From: Gemmatimonadaceae bacterium
Lineage (GTDB): Bacteria; Gemmatimonadota; Gemmatimonadetes; Gemmatimonadales; Gemmatimonadaceae
Length of the DNA stretch: 64,000 nucleotides
Direction: 5' to 3'
NCBI GenBank assembly: GCA_051859245.1
Contig: JBHYGA010000004.1
Location: forward strand, 160,001-224,000
Numbering within the stretch: the stretch's first letter is position 1; each line of letters begins with the position of its first letter. Made by a program: the position numbers and the translations under genes. Below are positions 56,741-64,000 of the stretch, piece by piece. The notes below the pieces were generated by a model. That model saw nothing but the letters and a program-made list of their open reading frames with translations, was not told the origin of the DNA and made no database searches.

Positions 56741-57105
56741 CGTCCGACCCACTCCTTCCACGTGGCTTCGGCGAGTCCCACGGTGACCTTCTGCTGAAAA
56801 CGCACCAGCGGCTGCACGAGAAGTAATGGTTCTTCGCTGAGCAGCGTGAGCCACTTTTCTTCGCCGTAACGCGACGGGCCGAGTCCCATCTCGGCGAAGC
56901 GTTTGCCTTCGCGGTCAATGAGCTTCTCCACGCCGTACTTCTGCGAGAAGCGCTTGAGTTCACCAAGCGACGGGGAGCGGATTGCGAAGTCCATAAAGTG
57001 CACTTTGATACGCCGCTCCTTGAAGAAGCGTTCCGCCTTGCGGGTATCGCTGTGTTTTTTGGTGCCGAGAATCTGCACCTCGATTTGTCCGGGCACCGAA
57101 CTCAT
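56737..57105 (-). CDS. ArsC/Spx family protein lacking Cys
   Basis: GTKK..TRKAERFFKER, S.GEL, P.LL..PLVR...TVG..W. Confidence 0.8.
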   Translation of the reverse strand: MSSVPGQIEVQILGTKKHSDTRKAERFFKERRIKVHFMDFAIRSPSLGELKRFSQKYGVEKLIDREGKRFAEMGLGPSRYGEEKWLTLLSEEPLLLVQPLVRFQQKVTVGLAEATWKEWVGR

Positions 57106-58352
57106 CAGGCGCGCGCCTCCGATTCACAGGCTAGCCGTTTGCTGTCATCAAACTCGCCCTCGCTTCGCGCGATGACCAGTGTGGCCACACCATTGCCGAT
57201 AAAGTTGGTAATTGCGCGCGCTTCCGACATGAAACGATCCACACCAAGCAAGATCGCCAGCCCTTCGATTGGTACCGTTTTGGTGGCGGCCAGCGTGCTT
57301 GCGAGCACAATGAATCCGGATCCGGTGACACCAGCGGCCCCCTTGGACGTGACCATCAGGATACCGAGCAAGGTGAGCTGCTCACCGATGTTCATGTCCA
57401 CGTTGTACACCTGGGCAAGAAACATGGCCGCCATCACCAGATAGATCGCCGTGCCATCGAGGTTGAATGAATATCCTGCGGGAACCACAAGTCCGGTCAC
57501 GGGACGCGACGCGCCGTAACGTTCAAGTTTTTCAAGCAAGCGCGGAAATGCGGATTCAGAGCTCGACGTACCGAGTACGAGGAGCAGTTCCTGGCGAATA
57601 AACACAAGGAATCGCCAGAGTGAAAATCCATACTGCCGCATGATCAGATTGAGCACCACGAAGATGAACAGCGCCATCGTGATGTACACGGACAGCATGA
57701 GCTTGCCCAGCGGTAAAAGTGTACGCACGCCGAACGTTCCCACCGTGTACGCCATAGCGCCGAACGCACCAATGGGCGCGACCTTCATGATGATGGACAC
57801 GATCTTGAACAACACTTCGCTCAGTCGTTCGAAAACATCATGCACGAGCTGCACACGCTCGCCAAGCATCGCCATGGCCGTGCCGAACAACACGGCAAAG
57901 AACACGACTTGCAGCAGTTCCCCTTTGGCGAAGGCGCCTACAACGCTTGATGGCACAATGTTCGAAAGAAAGTCAATCACTCCGACTGGTTCCGTACCCG
58001 CACCAGGAAGCGTTGCATTGGCAAGATTGTCCGGTCGGATGAAGCCGGCGCCCGGCTTGATCACATTGACCACCACCAGTCCAATGACGAGCGAAAGCAG
58101 CGACGCAAAAGTGAAGTAGACAAATGCTTTTCCCCCAACACGTCCGAGCCGTCGCAAATCCTGCATCGACGAAATGCCCGTCACAATCGTGAGAAACACG
58201 ATTGGCGCGACAATCATCTTGATCAGATTGATGAAGGTGTCGCCAAGCGGCTTCATCGTGCGCGCAACGTCGGGCGACACAATGCCGAGGGTAACGCCCA
58301 CGGCCACAGCGAACAGCACTTGTACGGTGAGATTGCCAGCGAGCTTTCGCAT
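57105..58352 (-). CDS. dctA: C4-dicarboxylate/H+ symporter (DAACS family)
   Basis: MKPLGD.FI.LIKM, LGTSSSES, GYSFNLDGT, TSKGAAGVTGSGF, DRFMSEARA. Confidence 0.93.
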   Translation of the reverse strand: MRKLAGNLTVQVLFAVAVGVTLGIVSPDVARTMKPLGDTFINLIKMIVAPIVFLTIVTGISSMQDLRRLGRVGGKAFVYFTFASLLSLVIGLVVVNVIKPGAGFIRPDNLANATLPGAGTEPVGVIDFLSNIVPSSVVGAFAKGELLQVVFFAVLFGTAMAMLGERVQLVHDVFERLSEVLFKIVSIIMKVAPIGAFGAMAYTVGTFGVRTLLPLGKLMLSVYITMALFIFVVLNLIMRQYGFSLWRFLVFIRQELLLVLGTSSSESAFPRLLEKLERYGASRPVTGLVVPAGYSFNLDGTAIYLVMAAMFLAQVYNVDMNIGEQLTLLGILMVTSKGAAGVTGSGFIVLASTLAATKTVPIEGLAILLGVDRFMSEARAITNFIGNGVATLVIARSEGEFDDSKRLACESEARA

Positions 58353-58524
58353 GCGGGTGCGTGGAGGTGAGTGAGTCGCCCGCGGCAGGGTAACGCCACG
58401 CGCTTCGCGGGAACAGGGCCTCGGCTCGACGCGTGCTTTGTCAGGTGTGGCGACTGGTGCGATGGCTGGCAGCTGCGTGCATAGATTTCCCCGCGCCACC
58501 GGACTTTCGCCTTCACCGCACCGC

Positions 58525-59316
58525 ATGCAGCACACCGTCACCTCCCTTGTCACCATCGCGGCCGTCGCAGCCGTTGGCAGCGCTGCGAACGCCGTGGCCG
58601 GTGGCGGGACGTTGCTCACGTTCCCGGCGCTCATCGCGCTCGGGGTCCCGCCCGTGGCCGCTAACGCTACGAGCACGGTAGCGCTCTGGCCCGGCACGAT
58701 CAGCAGCATGCTGGGCTATCGACGCGAACTCGCCGGTGCACGCAGTTGGGCAACCCGGTTCGCGATCCCCAGTGTGTTGGGCGGCATCGTTGGCGCGGCG
58801 CTGCTGCTACTGACCAGCGAGAAACGCTTTGCCATGCTCGTGCCATGGCTGGTGTTTGGCGCCACGCTGTTGTTTGCGTTGCAAAAGCCGGTCGTGCGAT
58901 GGCTGCTCGCTCGCGGGAGCGTGAAAAATCCACTCACCGCCGAAGCACAACTCGCGCCACCAAGTACCGGCTTGTTGTTTGCGCAGTTCGCGGTGGCGAT
59001 TTACGGGGGATACTTCGGCGCGGGTGCGGGAATTGTCATGCTGGCGGCGCTTGGCCTGATGGGGCTCACCAACATTCACCAGATGAATGGTCTCAAGAAC
59101 TGGGGCGCGGTGTGTTTTAACGGCGTCGCCGCGCTGATCTTTGTGGTCATGGGATTGGTGAACTGGCCTATTGCACTCGCGATGGCCGCAGGATCCATCA
59201 TTGGGGGCTACGCAACGGCAGGCATTGCGCGTCGCGCACCGCAGGTGGTTGTGCGCGGCATCGTCACCGCGATCGGACTGGGCTCAACGGTGTGGCTGTA
59301 CTCGCGCATGACGTGA
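58525..59316 (+). CDS. TauE/SafE family (sulfite exporter) membrane protein
   Basis: NAVAGGGTLLTFPAL, ANATST, YGGYFGAGAG, NGLKN. Confidence 0.9.
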   Translation: MQHTVTSLVTIAAVAAVGSAANAVAGGGTLLTFPALIALGVPPVAANATSTVALWPGTISSMLGYRRELAGARSWATRFAIPSVLGGIVGAALLLLTSEKRFAMLVPWLVFGATLLFALQKPVVRWLLARGSVKNPLTAEAQLAPPSTGLLFAQFAVAIYGGYFGAGAGIVMLAALGLMGLTNIHQMNGLKNWGAVCFNGVAALIFVVMGLVNWPIALAMAAGSIIGGYATAGIARRAPQVVVRGIVTAIGLGSTVWLYSRMT

Positions 59317-59389
59317 CGCACTGCGCGATGCATTGAGCGGTGCATTGAGCGCTGCACCGCTGCACACCGGTGCCGCGATCTGCGGCGTT

Positions 59390-60307
59390 TTATCGCTTAC
59401 TAAAGGTCGACCCGTCAAACAACATTTTCCCATTCGCAAACTTCACGTCAACCGTAATGCGGCCTTCGGTTGACGCGAGCACCACCGCCCCACCGGTCGC
59501 ATACCAGCGGCCGTTTTCATCGCGTTCCTCGGGCGTGATGGACGCACCTGGAACGTTCACGGAAAACCGCTTGCGATAGGTGAAGGTCCCGTCGGGCGCA
59601 AACGCCCACGACTCCTCGTTGGTGTAACTGCCCGCCGCGGTATTCGCAGTGGCTGGCGGTTCGACGTGCCATGTGCCCGTGAGCTGCGATTGCAACTGCA
59701 GATCAGGTGTTGCGGCACGCGACTCCGTGGCGGAAAGCACCTGCGCCACACTCGCGACCGCCGCTGCCAGCGTGCTGTCTGGTGCGCTGGCTTCAAGCAC
59801 GGCGACAGCGCCAATCATCGTGGAATCGTTGATGCGCGCCACGGCAACGTGCGCGACCACAGGCTTGCTGCCCTTCACGCGCAAGGAGCCGGCGAGCCCG
59901 CTGTGCGCGCCGAATGTGGTCGGCGCCAGCGGCGCGATAATCTGCGTGTCCTCGTCACGGGGGACGCCGAGCACGCGCTGCGCATCGCCGAGCGCAAGTT
60001 CGAGCGATGAGAAGTGTCCGGCGTACAACACCAGTGCGACGGTTTGCGCGCCGTTGGCGAGGGCGTGAATGCGGCCGTCTTTTCCGGAAAGGGAAAAACC
60101 AGAGGGTGCGGTGTACGAAACACCGAATCCGGCGATCAGGGCGGGCTCGCTGCGTGAGGCCACTGCGCTTGCGGTGGACTGCGCCGCGCTGGGGGTCGCC
60201 GCAACACACCACAGCAGCGCGCCAAGGGCGAGGCTGCCTGTCAACTCACGGAATCGATCGGTCCGGCTACGTCGCATTATCTCTCCAAACTGAACCGGTG
60301 CGGTCAT
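59390..60307 (-). CDS. hypothetical secreted protein
   Basis: SAA|Q signal, C-terminal LTGTW...F.PDGTF...GRW domain. Start 60307 or 60277. Confidence 0.6.
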   Translation of the reverse strand: MTAPVQFGEIMRRSRTDRFRELTGSLALGALLWCVAATPSAAQSTASAVASRSEPALIAGFGVSYTAPSGFSLSGKDGRIHALANGAQTVALVLYAGHFSSLELALGDAQRVLGVPRDEDTQIIAPLAPTTFGAHSGLAGSLRVKGSKPVVAHVAVARINDSTMIGAVAVLEASAPDSTLAAAVASVAQVLSATESRAATPDLQLQSQLTGTWHVEPPATANTAAGSYTNEESWAFAPDGTFTYRKRFSVNVPGASITPEERDENGRWYATGGAVVLASTEGRITVDVKFANGKMLFDGSTFSKR

Positions 60308-60409
60308 TCGAGCTATACGTCACTCCGGCATCACGACGCACAAGGTTGGATGCAGGGCACAGTGATCTACAGCATAGACATTGTACAACCAGCCGGTCAG
60401 ATTCGAATC

Positions 60410-61192
60410 ATGTCTACTCCTCAGAACCACTCCAGCACTGCTCCCTCTCCGCGCCGTCGCATGGTGCAGGCGGCGATCGCCCTCGTGTCGGCGTCGCACC
60501 CGTCCGGGCCCACAAAAGGGCGCGCGACGCGGGCCACCGCACTGGGCGCCGAAGCTGTCGGCATACGAGCCGTGGCCGAAGCCGTTGGCGTGACCCACGC
60601 CGCGCCTCTGCACCACTTTCCCGACCGCGTGTCGCTGCTGGCCGCGATGGCTGCGGAGGGCAATCGACAGCTCGCGCAGGAGCTCGCGGCCCCATCGCCC
60701 TCGGCCCAACTGTCCGCACGCGAGCGACTGGGCGCCGTGGTCCGTGCGCAGGCGCTCTGGGCGGCCCATCATCCGGGATTGTGGGACGTGATGTGCAACC
60801 CGCATCTCACCGCCGACGTGGCCGCCGTGTGGCGTGGTCGACAGAATGGGCGCACCGCGGTGGAGGTGCTGTCGAGCGCGGACGTAACGGGGCTCAAGCC
60901 GGCCGAATCGCGTGCCCTGGCGCGTCGAGCCGAAGCATTCGATGAACTGGTGGATGCCAAACTGCTTGTGCTCCAGGCGTTCGCCGACGCTGTCGCCGCG
61001 TGCGGTGCGCAGGAGATTGACGAAACACGATTGGTCCGCGGCGATCGACGTCCCCTTGTGAACGCGCTTACCACAATCGCAGACGGACTGGCGCTGCAGT
61101 TTGTTGCCGAACGCGATACGCCCGACGCAGCACTCGCGGCGCACGTGGACAGCACACTCGATTTGTTGTTGGCCGGCGTCCTCCGGCGATAA
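60410..61192 (+). CDS. TetR-family regulator (WHG-like C-domain)
   Basis: IRAVAEAVGVTHAAPLHHFPDR..LL..A.EG helix-turn-helix. Confidence 0.8.
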   Translation: MSTPQNHSSTAPSPRRRMVQAAIALVSASHPSGPTKGRATRATALGAEAVGIRAVAEAVGVTHAAPLHHFPDRVSLLAAMAAEGNRQLAQELAAPSPSAQLSARERLGAVVRAQALWAAHHPGLWDVMCNPHLTADVAAVWRGRQNGRTAVEVLSSADVTGLKPAESRALARRAEAFDELVDAKLLVLQAFADAVAACGAQEIDETRLVRGDRRPLVNALTTIADGLALQFVAERDTPDAALAAHVDSTLDLLLAGVLRR

Positions 61193-61197
61193 ACGAA

Positions 61198-61228
61198 CGC
61201 CGGCGCGTCACAACATGACGCGCCGGCG
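61198..61228. terminator. hairpin between convergent genes
   Basis: CGCCGGCGCGTCA-CAACA-TGACGCGCCGGCG. Confidence 0.7.
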
Positions 61229-61257
61229 GACAACTGATCGACCTGTACGGGAACGCG

Positions 61258-63501
61258 CTACGACCAGCTCAGGTCATGCTTGGACAGCGGCAATGAGCGC
61301 ACACGCTTTCCGGTGGCTGCAAAGATCGCGTTGGTTACGGCGGGCACAACGGGTGGCAGTGCGGGTTCGCCGATTCCCGTAGGCGAGTTGTCGGTGAGAT
61401 TCCAGTGCACTTCCACGGGTGGCGCCTGGGTGAGTCGAAGCAGCGGAAAGTCGTGGAAGTTGCTTTGCACCGCGCGACCGCCCACGATCGTGATTTCCTG
61501 AGCCAACACCTGACCAATACCGTCGAGCGCGGCACCCTGCGTTTGCTGCTCCGCACCGCTCGGATTGATGATCTGGCTTCCGACGTCACCGGCGGCCCAC
61601 ACTTTGTCGACCTTCACGTCACCGCTCTTGCTCACGGTGACCTGCGCAACTTCGGCGAAGTATCCGCGATGACTGAAGTAGAACGCCACGCCCATGCCAG
61701 TGCCTTTGGGCAACGACGCACGTTTGGCCCAGCCTGATTTTTCGGCCACGAGATTGAGCACACCCAGCATTCGCGCCGCATCAAGTCCCTGCGGTTGCGG
61801 ACGACCGGCAACCGGCGCCGGCGCAGGCTGAACGTTGGCGAGCACGCCGCGCAAAAACTCCACCGTATCTTTGCCAGCGGCGTGCGCGCATTCGTCGAGG
61901 AAACCCATGAACGCAAACGACAGCGCGTTGCTGCGCGGTGCACGCAGCGCACCCGTTGGGACGCCGAGTGGCATGACCGACGTAGCGATCTGCAAGTTGG
62001 GAACAAACCGGGCGGGAAACTCGGTGGGTCCGATGTCGGCACTCGCCGCAAATCGCTCGCCTTCACCAAACGTCGCAAAGTGATTGGCGAACGCTGTCAT
62101 CGCGCCGTTGGCATCAAAGCCCGCGCGGAACTTGTGGAATCCGCCCGGACGATAGAAGTCGTGCTGCATGTCGTCTTCGCGCGTCCACAACAACTTCACC
62201 GGCACGCCCGTTTCTCGGGCGATCCAGGCGGCTTCCACCATGAAGTCGTTGTACAACCGTCGACCGAATCCACCACCTGAGCGAATGATGTGCACGGTGA
62301 TGTCATCGGGTGCGAGTCCGAGTGTGCGCGCCACCAACTGCCGACCGCTGTCGGGCAACTGCGCCGGCGCCCAGAGCTCCATTTTGCCATTCGCAAAGTG
62401 CGCCGTGCAATTCTGCGGCTCGAGCGGCGCGTGCGCGATAAACGGGTAGCTGTACTCGGCTTCAATGGTCTTTGCGGCCGTGCGCATGGCGGCGTCAACA
62501 TCCCCATCGCTCCGAATAGTGCGCTGCGGTGCGGCCGCGAACAACGCGTTGGCCTGCGCTGCAAAACCTGAACTGCTCTGCGACGCCGTGGCGCCTTCAT
62601 TCCACTGCACCTGCAGTGCCTTGCGCGCCGTCTGCACTTTCCACCAGCTGTCGCCAACAATGGCGACACCACCAACGAGCGCGCCAAGATTGTCGCCACC
62701 TTCGACGACAAACGCGTGCGTGATGCCGGGCATTTTGGAGATCGCGTCAGTGTTCGCGCTCGCCACTTTTCCGCCGAACACCGGACACTTCACGAATGTG
62801 GCGTACTTCATGCCAGGTCGTGTGATATCAATGCCGAAGAGCGGCTTGCCAGTTACGATGGCGTGATTGTCCACACCGCGTGTACGCTGCCCGATGATCT
62901 TGAAATCTTTCGGATCCTTGAGCGGTACCGTCGCCAAGTCGGGCGGCGCAATCGTCACCGCCGCACTCGCGAGTGCGCCGTAGGTGAGTGAGCGATTGCT
63001 CGAACGGTGATGTACAACGCCAGCCTCGGTTGTGCACTCACCCGCGGGCACATTCCACTGCTGCGCGGCAGCACCAACCAGCATGGCGCGCGCCGCTGCA
63101 CCAACCCGGCGCATCGGCAGCCAGTTGCTCGGCGTCGCGGTGCTGCCACCGGCTGTCTGCCCCTGGAAGTTTTTCGTATCAAGACTCGCCTGCTGCACAC
63201 GCACCTGGGTCCACGCGACATCGAGTTCTTCGGCGATGAGCATGGGCAACATGGTCTTCACACCCTGACCAATTTCCGGATTTTTGGCCATGATGGTGAC
63301 CACGCCATCCGGCGTGAGCGATATGTACGCGCTCAGACGCGGATCGTCGGCTGGTGGCACCGCACCGTCGATGCGTGGTGACGTGAGGGCTTCCACTGCA
63401 TCCAGCGGCTCGAACACGCTGGCGAACAGCAATCCACCACCAGCAATCGCGGACACGCGCAGGAACGTGCGTCGTGAGACTTGTACCGTCGGCGTGGTCA
63501 T
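61258..63501 (-). CDS. xanthine dehydrogenase family molybdopterin-binding subunit (IorB-like), Tat-exported
   Basis: SRRTFL Tat motif, EIGQG...AEELD, AHAPLEP, GGGFGRR, GIGEP. Confidence 0.92.
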   Translation of the reverse strand: MTTPTVQVSRRTFLRVSAIAGGGLLFASVFEPLDAVEALTSPRIDGAVPPADDPRLSAYISLTPDGVVTIMAKNPEIGQGVKTMLPMLIAEELDVAWTQVRVQQASLDTKNFQGQTAGGSTATPSNWLPMRRVGAAARAMLVGAAAQQWNVPAGECTTEAGVVHHRSSNRSLTYGALASAAVTIAPPDLATVPLKDPKDFKIIGQRTRGVDNHAIVTGKPLFGIDITRPGMKYATFVKCPVFGGKVASANTDAISKMPGITHAFVVEGGDNLGALVGGVAIVGDSWWKVQTARKALQVQWNEGATASQSSSGFAAQANALFAAAPQRTIRSDGDVDAAMRTAAKTIEAEYSYPFIAHAPLEPQNCTAHFANGKMELWAPAQLPDSGRQLVARTLGLAPDDITVHIIRSGGGFGRRLYNDFMVEAAWIARETGVPVKLLWTREDDMQHDFYRPGGFHKFRAGFDANGAMTAFANHFATFGEGERFAASADIGPTEFPARFVPNLQIATSVMPLGVPTGALRAPRSNALSFAFMGFLDECAHAAGKDTVEFLRGVLANVQPAPAPVAGRPQPQGLDAARMLGVLNLVAEKSGWAKRASLPKGTGMGVAFYFSHRGYFAEVAQVTVSKSGDVKVDKVWAAGDVGSQIINPSGAEQQTQGAALDGIGQVLAQEITIVGGRAVQSNFHDFPLLRLTQAPPVEVHWNLTDNSPTGIGEPALPPVVPAVTNAIFAATGKRVRSLPLSKHDLSWS

Positions 63502-64000
63502 TCTGGTGTCCCTCGGCCGGAGGTCCCGTTGCGCGGCGCACCTGCCGGCGTGGGCGCGGCCAGCATTTCCGCGGCGCGATGAATGCCCTGGCGAATGCGC
63601 AGATATGTGGCGCAACGACAGAGATTGCCGTTCATGGCGGCGTCAATATCGGCGTCGGTCGGCTTGGGATTCTTTGCCAGCAGCGCTGACGCAGACATGA
63701 GCTGTCCGGCCTGACAGTAGCCGCACTGTGGCACGTCGAGCTCATCCCAGGCGCGCTGCAGGGCGTGCGTGCCATCGGGCGACAACCCCTCGATGGTTGT
63801 GATGTCGGCACCCTGCACCGCCGTCGCGGGTAACACGCAGGAGCGTGTTGGTGCGCCATTGACGTGAACCGTGCAGGCGCCACACTGGGCGGCGCCGCAG
63901 CCGAACTTCGTGCCCTTCATATCGAGTTCGTCGCGCAAAACCCAGAGGAGCGGCATATCCGACGGTACATCGACCGTGCGGGACTGCCCGTTTACCTTGA
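63498..64000 (-). CDS. (2Fe-2S)-binding subunit (IorA-like), 5' end beyond window
   Basis: GTKFGCG..QCGACTV, QCGYCQ, NLCRC. Frame remains open toward the window edge. Confidence 0.92.
   Translation of the reverse strand, partial: KVNGQSRTVDVPSDMPLLWVLRDELDMKGTKFGCGAAQCGACTVHVNGAPTRSCVLPATAVQGADITTIEGLSPDGTHALQRAWDELDVPQCGYCQAGQLMSASALLAKNPKPTDADIDAAMNGNLCRCATYLRIRQGIHRAAEMLAAPTPAGAPRNGTSGRGTPE

Noticed and set aside
59329..59372. TGCATTGAGCG duplicated, with TGCAC repeats
   Set aside because: Only two copies of a 12-bp unit between convergent genes, with no further structure.
1..64000. Prophage, transposase, integrase, toxin-antitoxin or anti-phage defence genes
   Set aside because: No recognisable motifs and no clear compositional island. 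The Smr and HD proteins sit in housekeeping contexts.

Overview
Bacterial chromosomal window, GC-rich, with no tRNA, rRNA, CRISPR array or mobile element recognised. Gene content and protein style suggest Gemmatimonadota (inference, not tested). Housekeeping content: three-gene proton-translocating transhydrogenase (pntA1/pntA2/pntB), argCBD divergent from argR-argH with paired ARG boxes, ispG, a complete his operon (hisG-D-C-H-A-B-F-N-IE), murB, an ABC-F ATPase, dctA, an IorAB-like molybdoenzyme, several peptidases and a group of beta-barrel outer-membrane proteins. The main accessory feature is a 7-gene minus-strand locus at 7176-14332. It encodes four secreted, mutually related pilin-like proteins, a periplasmic chaperone-like protein, a ~1066-aa usher-like outer-membrane protein with duplicated N-terminal Ig-like domains and a small lipoprotein, and looks like a non-canonical chaperone-usher-type fibre system. 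Unannotated regulatory elements read from the DNA: an apparently leaderless His-rich leader peptide with attenuator before hisG, a perfect Rex-type operator before a blue-copper lipoprotein gene, and a ~100-nt orphan hairpin between argD and an alkaline phosphatase gene. All family assignments come from motif recognition by eye, with no database searches. Several start codons were moved relative to the ORF track using RBS and stop/start overlaps.
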